64,000 nt of DNA from Octopus sinensis (Eukaryota), in contig NC_042999.1 of the NCBI RefSeq assembly GCF_006345805.1, forward strand, positions 130,448,001 to 130,512,000, read 5' to 3'. The position numbers were made by a program, and so were the translations under genes. This document shows, piece after piece, positions 23,896-37,869 of this stretch. Every line of letters starts with the position of its first letter. Position 1 is the stretch's first letter. The notes below the pieces were generated by a model that saw nothing but the letters and a program-made list of their open reading frames with translations, was not told where the DNA came from and ran no database searches.

Positions 23896-24097
23896 ATGTA
23901 GGTTTTAAATAATTTTCTCTGGTTGAATAATTCCAGCAGTAAACTGAGAAACAAAAAGCATCCAATGTCTGAATTACGGTAAATATAAATGTGCTATTTA
24001 TCTATTTATTTATTTTAATAAAAATATGTTCATATTTTGTGTTGATTTAAATTCTACCCATGTCATTTTAAGATGCAAGGACAGAAGAAAAAATAAA

Positions 24098-24440
24098 GCT
24101 GGGTGGTAAGAAGCTTACTTCCCAACCACATGGTTCTGGGCTCAGTCCCACTGAGTGGAACCTTGAAAAAAATGTCTTCTACTAAAACCTCGGACCGACC
24201 AAAGCCTTGTAGACGGAAACTGAAAGTAGCCTGTCGTATATGTGTGTGTGTGTGTCCACCATCGCTTGACAACCGATGCTGGTGTGTTTACGTCCCCATA
24301 ACTTATCGATTCGGTAAAAGAGACCGATAGAATAAGTACCGGGCTTACAAAGAGTAAGTCCTAGGGTCCATTTATTCGACTAAAGGCGGTACTCTAGCAT
24401 GGCCGCAGTTAAATGACTAAAACAAGTAAAAGAATAAGAG
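24098..24440 (+). mobile_element. SINE family A copy
   Basis: tRNA-like head, internal (TG)n, aaacaagtaaaag tail. Confidence 0.85.
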
Positions 24441-25159
24441 AAAGAATCTACTTATTTTGCATTCAACTTTGGCTATGCTCAACGCTCTTAGCTGCCATTC
24501 GAACCACCGACCAAATGATATCGCCTTTAAAATTTATTTGAAGATAAATAATTTAACTCTTGGTAGTCCAAATCATTTTTAATAAGTTTGTCCTAAAGGT
24601 CTAAGTTTGCTTTCAGACTTTTAATTAGTCCTTTTTCCATACCTTATGAATAATATAAAGCTTTCATGGGACTTAAGTTCCTGCTGATGGTTGAAAAAGA
24701 AGAAAGAGTGTGTATCATATACGACGCACAGAAGCCAGGAAGGCAAATGAAACTCAAGATAGGCAAAGGGTTAAGATCTTCACAATTTTTGGAACTTCTC
24801 TTCAATTACTATCATACATTTATTAATAATATACGTGTTTTCAAAGTGCAGTGTACAGATCATATTACATCTTCCTCAATTGGAATACTACTTGTATCTG
24901 CGGTTATGGAAATTTGAGATTTTCGAATTAGTTAACGTCACCTTGTATGTATTTGTTAAAACTAAGATCTCATTGATCTACATAGCATTTCCATTCAACA
25001 GTTTTTGTATTTTCTAATATATTAAATATGTATTAAAACCTCTCTCTCAGTTGGATGTTCGTATTTCATTTGAAAATAATCGACATTTCATGTTGCCTGG
25101 AATGACATTCAACAATTTGAACTACATTATTTTTCATATTGTATCAGTATAAATTTCTC

Positions 25160-25715
25160 ACGTAGGTAGATTTGGTGGAGGGGAGAACAGACGATTTAAT
25201 TAACCTTAGAACATGACTAGTGATTTATTTTATCAACCCTATAAGGTGGGAAACAGTGTTGATCTTGACAATTTTTTATTCAGAAGGTAATGCCAATTCT
25301 AATACTGATTTCAAGCATTGACACAAAGCTACACACTTTTGAGTTGGGAGATAGTATGGTCGATTAGCTTGTACTTGACTAGTACTTTATTTGTCTTCGA
25401 AAAGATGAAAGGCAAAGTTAACTTCAGTGAAATCTGAACCCAGAGCATAAATGTTTGTAACTAAATATCCTTTCTGCATTAGGCACAAGGCCTAAAATAT
25501 TTTAGGAGAGAGGGCTAGTGAAGTGCATCGGCCCCCACCGCCACCAAACCCCAGTGCTCAATTGATACTCATTTCATCAGTCCCGAAATGATAAAAGGCA
25601 AAGTCGGCCTCGACGGAATTTGAGCTCAAAACGTAGAGACGGTCGAAATGCCGCTAAGGTCTGTAACTAAGTATCGAAAGGCACTTTGTCCGACGATGCT
25701 CTAACGATTCTGCCA
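25160..25715 (-). mobile_element. Cluster of about three degenerate SINE family B copies
   Basis: Repeated reverse-complement motifs (gatgaaaggcaaagt, cggaatttgagctc). Confidence 0.7.
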
Positions 25716-26129
25716 ATGTAACAGAGTAGAACGGGTTGTGCAGTGAATTATTGAAATAGCAGACTTGATTATTTCCTTCTACGTTCTAATTTTAAACTCC
25801 AGGCCTGTTTACTTTGCCTTTCAATGTGATATGGTTCAACGAGGGAGCCTTACAAGCCAACGGGAGATCTTTTTCGTGGACTTACGAATTGCTAAAAATA
25901 AAAGCCAAATCTCCTTCAAATCACACCCTGCTGCCATAAAGAAAGGGTGTAAAATAATGTAGTTCTATATACTCCTAAGAAAACAACTGTACTTTTATAC
26001 CTGAAATGCCTTTGATCATAGTTCTACTCAAAGATGACCTCGGGTTAAACAACAACATGTCTCAAGGTTTGTTGACTAAACCCCTTTCCTATAAATATGC
26101 GGCCATGTACTGAAGTTAATATTAACTGT

Positions 26130-26322
26130 TAAAGCGACGAGTTGGCAGAATGTTTGGTGTCATTTCGTCTGTCTTTGTTCTGAGTTCAAATTCTGCTGGG
26201 GTCGGTTTTCCTTTCATCTTTTCGGAGTCGATAAAATAAGTACCAGAGGATAACTGGGATCGATGTAATTGACTTACTTCCGCTCCCGAATTTACTAGCC
26301 TTGTGCCAAAATCTGAAATCAA
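26130..26322 (+). mobile_element. SINE family B copy
   Basis: Family motifs present. Confidence 0.85.
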
Positions 26323-26783
26323 TATTAATACAACTGAAACTAAGAAACAATACAAGCGTAGCTGGTGGGGTGTGACGAGGGATGAGGTCCACTCCGGGCA
26401 ATGATTTTATGGGGAACGGCCCTTTGGGGTTTACTGCATCACCTTGTATAGGCTAGAGGGAGGGGGAGCTAGTGGGGGAGGGGACGGAAAACTCAAGGGT
26501 AGCCCTGAGCAGCACATTCTCAAGCTAAGTCGCTGAGAACCAATCAAGAAATGGAATCGGTTTAACCTTTCTTCAAAAATGTTTGGCTTTGTGTCATTGC
26601 TGAAAATAAATAGTAACACAATCAAAAAGGACAAGTTTCGCTCCTTTCCAAATTCAATTCTCACTTGTATTTTTACAATAATTTTACCATTCAAATGGGC
26701 ACATGAATAGGTATCGGTTACAAAGTCCACTTCGCAACAACATGGTTCCAGATTCAATCCAATCGTCGGGAATTAAATTACAG

Positions 26784-27290
26784 GTGCAGGTGTGGTTGAA
26801 GGGTAAGAAGCTCACTTTGGTATCATATGGTTTCAGGTTCAGTCCCATTATGCAGCACCTAGGACAAGTGTCTTTATACTATAGCCCCAGACCAACCAAT
26901 GAATTTGGTAAATGGAAACTGTGTGGAAATTTTTGTGTGTGTGTCTTCATGTTCATCTTTCCACCACTTAACAACCAGTGTTGGTTTGTTTACATTTTCG
27001 TAACTTAGAAGTTCGGCAAAAGGAACCAATAGAAAAAGTATCAGATTCTAAAAAATAAATACCGAGTTTGTTTCCAGTTGGTGCTCCAGCATGACAGTAG
27101 TCAAATGACTGAAACAAGTAAAAGATAAAAGAGGATCACTGAGAGTATTAGATACAAGTATGGCTACATGGTTAAGACATTCACCTCACAAATAACTGGT
27201 TTCAGATTTCATCCCACTGCATGACATTTTGGGTAAGTGTCTAAAACCTTGTGATGGAAATTTGCTAGACTGAAACTAGAAGCTCATTGT
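26784..27290 (+). mobile_element. SINE family A copy followed by a second partial head
   Basis: Copy at about 26784-27133, partial at about 27155-27290. Confidence 0.75.
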
Positions 27291-28544
27291 ATCACCCTCA
27301 TCATTTTCACTTCCACTTTTCCATGCTTGCATGCATCAGACACAATTCATTGAGACAGGTTTTCTATAGCAGGACACTCTTTCTGTTGCCAGCCCTCACT
27401 TGTTTTCAAGCAAGGTAATATTTTCCCATAAGCAGACATGTTTTCACAAACAATTTAGAAGAATTATTAGAACTGATAGAATAATATTTTCAGGCTGCCA
27501 ACCTCATCCTTTCATTTCTCTTTTGTTCGAAAACTCATTTCCAAATGTCTGTCTCCACTCACTATAAAGTGCCATATACAACTTGTTTATAGTATATTCC
27601 AATAAGAAGTTGGATTATTGCATGAAATTTTGAAGTACATATACATAATGCCTAATGAGTAGAATTTGGTAGAGAGGGAACCATGTGGGATCCAATCAAA
27701 GGGACATTTCCTGTTCTTGGGTGATAAAGTTTATAGCATCTTCATTAAGGCAAAGTACTTCTATCATTCTATACTATTTTCCTCTTCTCAGGTGCTGTAC
27801 AGATACCCACACACCCTTCAAGCATTTCTTTGCTTGTGCTGGTTTTTTCAGCCCTTCTACTTTCCCTATTAATGTATTTATAGGTGAGAGCTCTCTCTCT
27901 CTCTCTCTCTCTTTCTCCTTGGAAAAACACTTTTAGGTCCAGCCTGGCTAAGCAAAACTGGTACCTCATATTAAACTGTGTTGTCTTCCAATGCCAAACC
28001 AACATTACAGTACTAAACGACAGGCCTGATCTTGAGGCTGTTGTAACTGATTGTTTGATGTTGCTGTTGTGATTATGTTTGTTTTTATTGTTGTTGCTGT
28101 TTACAATGTTGTTACAGTTGTTGTTCTCATCTTTGCCATTACTCAAATTAGCACCACCACTATGCTTTTAACTAGATCCATTCAGTTGCAAGTGTTTGGG
28201 CCAGACCTGTTTCAGGCTAACTTCCTCTTAACAGTCTTCGGGCCTGTTGCCCTTTCTCCTTTCACACTCTTATGATCTTACCTACCCATTCACCCTATCC
28301 AATCTCTGATGTTCTCCTTCTTGTAACTTGAGGGTATATTTTGACACCTCTGCACTATCTTCTCTCCTTTTCCAACTAGGGTAGCCACGTATCTCCTCCA
28401 CTGCAAGACACTTATCTCTATCCCTCTCATAACCTAGCATAAAGTCACCTCTTCAATACAACACAACATCAGTCGATGGGTCTTGTTTTGCAAGTTACTT
28501 GGTGACCTCATTTGTGCCAGTACTGTATAAAAAAGCACCAAGTA

Positions 28545-28682
28545 CACTCTGTGAAATGGTTGGCATCCAGCCACAGAAATCATACAAAAGAAGACACTGG
28601 AGCTTGGCACAGTTCTCTAATTCATCAGCTCTTGCCAAACTGTCCAACCCATACCAGCTTGGAAAATGGATGTTAAATGACT
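28545..28682 (+). mobile_element. RTE-3'UTR-related repeat (family D) fragment
   Basis: Similar to 44390-44565. Confidence 0.65.
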
Positions 28683-29797
28683 ATATATATAATTCATATA
28701 TACACACGATGTACCAGATGATGAACAAACAATCTTTGAAACAATGTTAAAAACAACTGAAATATAAAGTTAACTAAAAAATGTTTCTATCAAGTTGATT
28801 TAACTCAGTTTCAATAGTAACTGCAGTATCCAATACTACAAACCTGAAAGAAAGTTCCTTCTAGTGATAACTAGATATTATGTCAGCTTGGAATCAATAA
28901 TGAAATTATAGTAATTATTGAAAAGACAAACTATTTTTAGATTTGATCTATTTTATTATTCAATGGAAGTTACCAGTCCTGACACTTGTACTAGACTTAA
29001 ACAGACCTCAGTTTTTAAGTCTATTTCTCAAATGAACAGAAAACAGTAAGGATTTAAATGTATTCAGTACATTCAAATATACATTAGGCATTTGTATTTC
29101 ATTTGTAAAGACATCAGTTTTATAATTTAAAACAAAAAAGCTGGGATTATAATTTTTAATCCCCACTGAAAATTCACAACACTAATTTTGATGAATAACT
29201 CTTCTGTAATGATGATGATTTTTATGATAGTGCAATTTTTTTCTTTATTTTTTTTTAATAGACTTTCTGACATATAAAGAAAGCTTAGGTTTAGACTAAA
29301 TAAAGAGCTATTATAACTTTACTACTAAAGAACATTAAGTTGTCTTATGATAATAATTAGAAGCACATTAATACATGAAGACTGTCATACAAACCCCAAA
29401 TGTAAAAGGGCCTTTCTTCTTCAGAGTGTTTTATATAAACAGAAAGGTTTAATATTTACAACTATTGTAAATGTTTAACTCTCCATAACAGACTTAGCTT
29501 ACAGAACTCAGCACTTCTATGTGTGTGTGTGTGTGTGTGTGTGTTACTGTTAAATATCAACACAATATATATCCTCTGACTATCAATAGTGTGAGTGCCA
29601 ATAAATTGTACCAGTTTGAAAGGTCAGTATAATCAGAAATAAGCATGAAGTCCACATTAATAAACTCCAGTAGTAATTTTCCCTCTGAGCTGTATGCTTG
29701 TGTGCATATGTCTTACAACTAGTGCAACAAAGGAAATACTGTGTGCACACAAAGTTTTTCAAGATGAAATTCAATTTCTTTTTTAATGAAAATAATA

Positions 29798-30018
29798 ATC
29801 ATCATCATCACTATTTAACATCTGCTTTCCATGCTGGTGTGGATTGGACAGTTTGACAGGAGCTGGTGAGCCAGAACATTATTGCAAGCCCCAATGTTTG
29901 TTTTGGTACAGTTTCTATGGTTGGATGCCCTTCCTAATGTCAACCACTGTGCAGAGTGTACTTGATGCTTTGTATGTGGTATCAGCACCAGTGAGGTCAC
30001 CAAGTAACTTGCAAGACA
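29798..30018 (-). mobile_element. RTE-3'UTR-related repeat (family D) with (GAT)n tail
   Basis: Reverse complement of the 44390-44565 type sequence. Confidence 0.75.
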
Positions 30019-31399
30019 GGGTGAATACAAAATCAGGGGTGCAGAGAATTGGAAGGTGAATCGTCAATACAGCATTTGAGCAATGGTTACTCACATGAAT
30101 GGGCACATTTTTTGCAATGAAAGACAATTTTCACACAAACAAATTTCTCACAGACCCACAGCAAAATATTAGAGAGAACACTGCCCAGTAGACAAATGAA
30201 ATCATAATCTTTAGAGCAAACACTTCTGCTACACTTCCAATAACTTCATTCTTTATGCTGCTGTTACTTTTGAAAGATTTATAATGCTTACCAGACTTCA
30301 TGGTTCTGTTATCATCTTAAAGCTAAATGTACAGCAATGACACATGAATTATTATTATTTAAAGTGACTTAAAAGAGAAATGCATGATATAGCAACATCG
30401 CTTTATATACCTTTCTTTCTCATTGAGATGTAACTTTTCTTCTTCAGAAATGGGGGGAAAAAAACAGAGTAACGTTAGTTGTTATCACTCATTAACTCAA
30501 AAAGGAAATGCTGAGTCCAAAACCTACGAATGACATCCAGAAAAGTGTTCTAACCGAAGAGATGGAAGTATGATATATTGATATGGTGTTAAAAACTAAT
30601 TTATTAATGTATTATGCATGTTGTGTTTCACTGAGAATGCAATATAGAGTAAAAATTCAATTAGTTTTATTTTTTTAAATATAAAAAATTACATGAGAAT
30701 TATGTTTGTATATTAATAGCTATTAAAAAAAGGTGAGAAAATGTAAAAAGGCACTTTTGACAAGGCAAGAACATTGCATTTTCTTAACTCTAGGTTTGAT
30801 TAGTTAGGTTAATATATCTAACAGAATAAATATTTCTTCAATAGAATCAAAGTAATAACTGATAATGTTTCCAAATATATAATGAACATATTTATTACAT
30901 ACAACATATAATTACTGGGATATTTTTTTCATTATGTTGTAATATCACAAAAAGGCACCTTTTATAATTTACTGGAAAGTAATAAATTCCTTTAAGGTGT
31001 ATGGCATTTTCTTTATTATGTTTTTGTAAAGATTATCAAAATATAATCATTTCTAAAATAAATACTCATACATAGATAAACAGACAGATAGATAGATAGA
31101 CATAAAATTTCAATTTTTAAAACCAAATGATATTTAAAACAGTACCAAAGATCTAATCCAATATTTTCCCCCTTGACTCTTTTAAATTACTTGAACACTC
31201 TAGGTAACTACCTTGATATGTTCTAATGAATGGATATTTATTAGAACATGGTTATTAGCCAGTCTCTTTGAAACAACTTGGTCAGTATCATAACAGATCA
31301 AACAAACTAAATTGTAGAAGTGGCCTCAAGACTATTCAAATTTCATAAGATGCTATTGCAGTGACAGCAGGTTCTTCAACTTGAGAAGGTTCTCTGGGC

Positions 31400-32230
31400 C
31401 AAAATCAAAGAGAAGGACAACAGAGTGTTAATTCCTGTTTGCAAATGATTATGTTCTCAAAGCAGGTTCAAAATCTGAGATACAGCAGGACATGAACAGG
31501 TTCTTCTCTGCTTGTGATGATTTTGGCCTCACCATCAGCACAAAGAAAATTCAAGTCATGTACCAATGAACCCTTTGTAAGGAGTACATAGCACATGTAA
31601 TGAAGGTGGAAGATTAGACTCTACTTACCATTGACAAGTTCACATACTTTGCCAACAATCTCTCAAGAATGTTCACAATGATTTTGAAGTAAACCACAGA
31701 ACTGCCACACTCATCATTGCCTTCAGTGGACTTCACAAAAATACATGAGTGAAAGGTCTCAGCCTCTGAACAAAAGGTCTACAGAACCATTATTCTACCA
31801 ATTTTACTATGTGACAGTGAGACATAGACTATTTACAACAAGCTGGTTAAAAAGCTGAACTATTTGCACAAATTACAGCATACCCATTGTTAGAAAAACA
31901 TCCCAGGCACTGAGGTCCTCACTAATGCAGTGTTGCCCTGCATCCACATTCTTCTCTACAAAGCCTAGTGGTTGTAATCTGGTCATAATACCAGAATGGA
32001 TGATGAAATATCTTTTCCAGAGAGTTGATGAGGAGGAAACATTCAGTACACTGATACTTATAAGTTCAAGATCTTCCCAAGAGACTTCTAAATTAAAACA
32101 AGTCATAATAGAATCTCACAACTGAGAAATACCACTGGTGCAGGCCCGTAAGAAAAGATGACATAGCATCTAAGCAGACGAGGAGATGGAATGAACAGAA
32201 GAGAGACCTGAGAAAGCCAAAAGCTACCTG
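31400..32230 (+). mobile_element. Degenerate RTE (BovB-like) LINE RT C-terminal fragment
   Basis: DYVLKAGSKSEIQQDMNRFFSACDDFGLTISTKKIQVMYQ; many stops. Confidence 0.75.
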
Positions 32231-32666
32231 CACACTGGCAAAAAAGAATTCATCAGCTATTCTTGAATACATCCATAAGTAATGATATGTTCATGGTCCA
32301 TATGTATAAGCACAAAAAAACTATGATTCCTAAACAATTTTAAAAGGAACCACTTTATTTTTCATAATAAATTTAAAAAGCAAAATAACCACGCAAGTTT
32401 TATTGTTCCTATTTCTTGCAGCATCTCATATTAACACCCATAAAGACAGTAGAATAACAGAAATGAAAGAGTACTAGATTAAATAATTTGGGGCAGTTGT
32501 TTAGATTGCTTTGTGTCCTACCAGAATCATAAAAATCACCAGTAACATATTGGAAGTATTTCAATATATCATAATCTTCCCCTAAAAATGTGTGCCACTG
32601 TGTCAATGTTAGCATTCAATATTAATAACTGTAACAGTAAGAGTGAAATTGTTAACATCATAGATG

Positions 32667-32856
32667 CAAGCATGGCTGTGCAGTAAAAAGTTTGCTTCCC
32701 AACTACATGGTTCCAGGTTCAGTCCTACTGCATGGCCCCTTGAACAAATGTCTTTTACTAATAGCCCCTGGCCAACCAAAGCCTTGTTAGTGGATTTGGT
32801 AGACAGAAACTGAAGAAAGCCCATTATACGTGATTGTGTGTGTGTGTGTGTGTGTG

Positions 32857-32892
<36 letters not shown>

Positions 32893-33105
32893 TTTGTGTT
32901 TAACTTCCACCCCCAACTGACAACTGGTGTTCGTTTGTTTATGTCCTGGTAACTTAGTGGTTTGACAAAAAATATTGATTGAATAAGTATCAAGCTTTGA
33001 AATAATAAGTACTGGAGTCAATTCATTGGACTAAAACCCTTCAAAGTGTTGAGTGCCCCAGCTTGGCCACAGTCCAATGACTGAAACATATAAAAGATAA
33101 AAGAT
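32667..33105 (+). mobile_element. SINE family A copy with (TG)n(AG)n
   Basis: Head and tail motifs present, CpG-decayed. Confidence 0.8.
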
Positions 33106-34382
33106 CTATAACAGTTCAATGTTGGGATCCTGGATGCATTCCAGGCCAATGTCTACAGTCATGTTATCAATGTAAGTAAGACGTTTTTCTCTTCTTACAT
33201 CACCATGAAGTGGGATCCACAAGACATTTGTCTTGGATACTTCCTGATCAGTGTGACACACACAGTGACCAGATAGTCACAGCCATCTTTGCCTGATCTT
33301 CTTGCTAACTTTCAGCATATTTTACTTAATTTCAAAATGGAAACAAGGTGTTTCTCTATTTTAACATATTTGGAGTTACTATTCCAAACACTAGAGCATA
33401 CTTTAATACCTATTTATAGTGAAGCACCAGAGAACTAATAATATTATTGATTTAAATGTCATATTCTTCTTCTCCTCTTACATACAAATTTATCCAAACA
33501 CACAAACTTCACTATATAATTTTTGCCAACATTGTTCACCACCAGTTTCCTTGATGTCCTTGTTTTATCAAATGTTATTATATTTATTTGTAAATAAGAT
33601 GAAAATTTTACAGAACTATGTAAAAGTTAAGAACAAAGTATTATTAATTAACAAAAGTATTCATCAACAACAGACTAACAGGAACCTCTATGTAGTCACT
33701 TGACCTGTTAGAACCAGTAACCAAATCTCCCTCCAATTGTTTTCACCAATTAAAAAAGAAATAATGAAGGACGCATTAGACAATGTACACTCTTTGTTCA
33801 GAAAAAGAAAATATGATATTCCTGACTGGAATACCTTTGATCATAAGTTTATGAGGCCTAACAACAATTATTTTGGGTTTTTAATCAATACAAACACAAC
33901 TTTTACTTCTTTTTTCGTTTTTATCATTTCAATTTCTTCAACTAAAATTGAAATTATTAAATTTTACAAGACTAATTTCCTTTACCACAAAATTTTACTT
34001 CAAATCGTTGATAACTACAAAACCTTTTTTTAATTATTTAGCACCAATTTACTATATTGACTAAGAACAGAGTTAGAAAAATAATGTGATATGGTAATGT
34101 AAATTATATATAATAAAGATGTGGTGTCTGAATGATAAATGTTTTAAATAGTTTTATATCTTAATTACAAGCAATACCTGACACCTTAAGCCAAGATAGA
34201 TTACTCCGATTGACTATTTCTCTAGAACAGAGTGAGGTGATGGAGAGCATGTCGTAAAATTATCTGTCCTAAAAATTCAGGCAAATATGCAAAATTTGAG
34301 ATGATATTTCCATGTTAGTGTAGCAGTATAACATAGCAGCTTAATTTGAAAAGGACAAACATGAGAAATCATCTGAGAATGG

Positions 34383-34613
34383 CTATTGATTTTCAATACT
34401 TGTGAGAGGAGCTAAAACTGGTTCTTTTTGCTGTGAACGTGCAACAGCAATCTGCAAACACTGCACCCATTGTTCCACATTCTGTTCATCCTTTGCTTTC
34501 AACACATACCTCTGGTCAGCAGTAAATATTTCAAAAGCTTTTGGAATGTCTCTAATACCTTTTCGTAAAGCTTTCACACTTTGTATTTTACTGACTGGCA
34601 ATGTTTCTTTATG
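34383..34613 (-). CDS. VEPH1: VEPH1/melted ortholog, last coding exon (PH domain C-terminal part)
   Basis: Acceptor tttcag; HKETLPVSKIQSVKA...IPKAFEIFTADQRYVLKAKDEQNVEQWVQCLQIAVA resembles the VEPH1/melted PH domain; TAG stop. Confidence 0.95.
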   Translation of the reverse strand, partial: HKETLPVSKIQSVKALRKGIRDIPKAFEIFTADQRYVLKAKDEQNVEQWVQCLQIAVARSQQKEPVLAPLTSIENQ

Positions 34614-35618
34614 CTGAAATAAACACAGAAATAAGAAATAAGGTTTAACATATACCAAGTTTTACATAGTAACGAATTAACTACCTAAGAGCTGTGTAAT
34701 ATATATAATCCCTGAGCTTCAGACAAAAGAACTGTTTCAATGAGTCTGCAAATGTTTTCTGATTAAATTATATCAACGCACAAAACAGACGTTAATACTT
34801 CCCATGCTGAGTAACAAATTGATACATTTTGTTCTACTCAGTACAGCAGCACTATATTTGAGTAATTAAGGCATTGAACTTCTAACCTAGGGTTCAAGAA
34901 TTCAAATCTTGTCACACACTTTAGTTACTTCAGTTTACTCTTATAAAAATATGACTACTATCTTTGCACATTCACGGAACCTGTCACATCCCACAACTCT
35001 AGAATAAAGACTTTGATGGGGAGGGGGATTGTTTTGGTTGGAAGAAGAGGATGTTCTTACAGTTTTTATATGATATTATATTATATCAGTGTTTTACTTG
35101 AGCAGTTGCAAGTTGATGGAAGTACGAAAAATATGAGCAGGGAAAGAATTACTGAGAGATGGCATTCCAGAGAGGAAGTATTGAGAAAGTAGTTAATGTA
35201 GAGCCAAGAGTGGGCAGGACATAATATGGGTAACAATGAGAGGAGAAATGGATGAGACAAGAATGCCTGAATAGCAGTACTACAAAACCAGCCAGATTTG
35301 AGGAGCAGAGACCATTAGTGTAGTGAGAAAAAAAAACTGAGTGAGAAGACAGCATGAAGTACAGGTTTGGAGTATGTATGTAGATAACTTCACGCCAATC
35401 AGTACAGTAGCCTCTATAATGTATGTACGTGTAGTGATAGCACCATCTCAGGGGTGAGAGTGGTATTCTGTTGTAAAATAATAAGTTTTTACCATGTGCA
35501 CAAACCATTGTTTGTATGAACTAAAACCATCTTTACTGTTGTCCCCATGACTTGTAGCTTAGAAATATCAAAAGGAAAACAAAAAAGTTTAAATCAAAGG
35601 GGAAGGAAGAATACTTAC

Positions 35619-35723
35619 AGAATCACCTTTGCTGTAGGTAATGTTTGATCCTGATAAGCTGAAATACCGCGTTTTCCATCGTTTCAGAAATTTCAACCGA
35701 CCCTTCTTCTCTTTTAGTTGTCC
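35619..35723 (-). CDS. VEPH1: VEPH1 exon (PH domain start)
   Basis: [35 protein letters not shown]; AG/GTAAGT, phase 0-0. Confidence 0.95.
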
Positions 35724-36464
35724 CTTTAAGAAAGCAGAGATTTTACAAATCTTAGTAATAAATCAATAGAAAACTTCTGTAAAACTATATACTGGGAATG
35801 GCTAACTACAAGGTAACAGGAAGATGGGTACTATTTAATACCACCTTAAATAGTACCCATTCAACAGGAAAAACAAGCTTTATGTTGATACTAATGCGCT
35901 GTAGTTACACAAAATAATATAATTAATATTACAACACTACTGATCAGAAAAACAAACTCATTAGCTTAATGAGTAATTCTGGTTGAGAAAAGGAAGGGAG
36001 ACAACTCTAAAATTTCAACTAAAATTTACTGACGGTAAAGTCTGATCTTTGGCAAGTATGGTATTAATTCCAGTTGTGTTTTGGTCTAATTAGGCCTCCT
36101 CAGCGAAACCTACTCATAACTTATACTTGCCAGACCTATGACTACAAAGAGATACAAAAGGGTGAGATCATATTCACTCCCCACTGGATGCCAACATTTT
36201 TCTATTTTAGCTAATTAAATTTCAGAATTGTTTATTCTATCTTTCTTCATCATAATCTATCATAAATTAATTTTCTTGTCTCCTCACTACAAGTGTAATG
36301 TTTTAATAAAAACTTTTTAGTTTATTACATTAAGTAGTTTAGCACCAACTCAAGCAATTAGCAGTTTTGTCTCTGGACATTGCTGTACTTTACTTAACAG
36401 CCTTTGTAAATAAAAGAAAGAAAAAGGTACAAGAGTTGAATGGTGCATCAATGTCATCCTCATA

Positions 36465-37237
36465 ATCATCATCATTTAACATCTGCTGTCCATATTGGCA
36501 TGGGTTGGACAGTTTGACCAAACTGGCACACTGAAAGGCTGCACCAGACTCCAGTCTGATTTGGCATGGCCTTCTACAGTTGGATACCCTTCCTAACACC
36601 AACCACTCTGAGAGTGTGATGGGTGCTTTTATGTGCTGCTGGTACGGATGCCATTTACATGACACTGGGGAGTTTTTATGTGCCACTGGCATCGGTGCCA
36701 ATTTGCATGACACCGGTATCTGCCACAACTGTGATTTTGTTTGGCTTTATGGGTCGTCTTCTCAAGCACAACATAATGCCAAGGGTCTCAGCCACTTTGC
36801 CTCCATGAGGCCCAACACTTGAAAAGTATTCCTTACGTGCCACCAGCACAGGTACACTTGGCTTGATGGGTCCTCTCAAGCACAGCACATCACCAAAGGT
36901 CTCGGTCACTAGTCATTGCCTCTGTGACGCTCAAAGTTTGAAGATCATGCTTCACCACTTCGTTCCATGTCTTCCTGGGTCTACCTCTACCACAGATTCC
37001 CTCAACAGTTAGAGATTAGCACTTCTTTACACAGCTGTCTTCGTCCATACACATCATATGACCATACCAGCACAGCTATCTCTCTTGCACACCATATCTT
37101 ATGCTTCTTATGCCTAACTTTTCTCTCAAGATGCTTACACTCTGTTGAAAATGCACACTGACATTGAACATCCAGCAAAGCATACTGGCTTCATTTCTTT
37201 CAAGCCTATGCATGTCCTCAGCTGTCACAACCCCCGT
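36465..37237 (-). mobile_element. RTE LINE 3' end (ORF C-terminus plus 3'UTR plus (GAT)n tail), same family as 43560-44565
   Basis: Reverse complement aligns with 43700-44565 (GRGRPRKTW region, UTR, tail). Confidence 0.85.
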
Positions 37238-37592
37238 AACAAATGGAAATAATATATAAAGTAGAGAGTATTTCTTAAGTTTTTCTTTTTTTCTATTAGT
37301 TACTCATAGAAGGTGGAGTTAGTCAATGCCCATGAGAATTGCCAAGCCCTCCATACTGGTGAGATTGCAGTGCTTAGTTCAGTTTATTCATTTAATATGA
37401 ACAGAGAAAGAAAAAGCTTCAACTAGACACACCTGTAGGTCAATAGATCTGGTTTACCCATTCATGAAGGTCTCTGATATACAGCCAAATAATAGACAAA
37501 ATCATCACATAACAACAGAAAAATCTCCAGAGAAGAATAGTAACATCACAGACTTATAACGGTAATATGAACTGAAATATATCTTTACTTAC

Positions 37593-37742
37593 AGAAATAA
37601 ATGGACTACCATCCTGAAGTAAAGTGACCATCTTTTCAGGGTGGTTGCACATAAAACATGCCCAATGGTGCTCAGCAGCATTGAATTCAAAAACATCGAA
37701 ATAACGGACACTGTGAAGTTCATGAAGAAGAGCATCTTGATC
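37593..37742 (-). CDS. VEPH1: VEPH1 exon
   Basis: DQDALLHELHSVRYFDVFEFNAAEHHWACFMCNHPEKMVTLLQDGSPFIS; phase 0-0, canonical sites. Confidence 0.95.
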
Positions 37743-37869
37743 CTACAAAGACAAGAAAACAACTGAATTTAAGACATTGAAATTAAATATACCATAATTA
37801 TTTCATGACATTTAATCCAAGTTCCATCATTCTAAGTGGTAGTATTACATTCATTTTCTGTTTCAGCTT

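Noticed and set aside
26345-26536. G-rich possible hAT MITE / G-quadruplex
   Set aside because: Terminal repeats too degenerate and no TSD found
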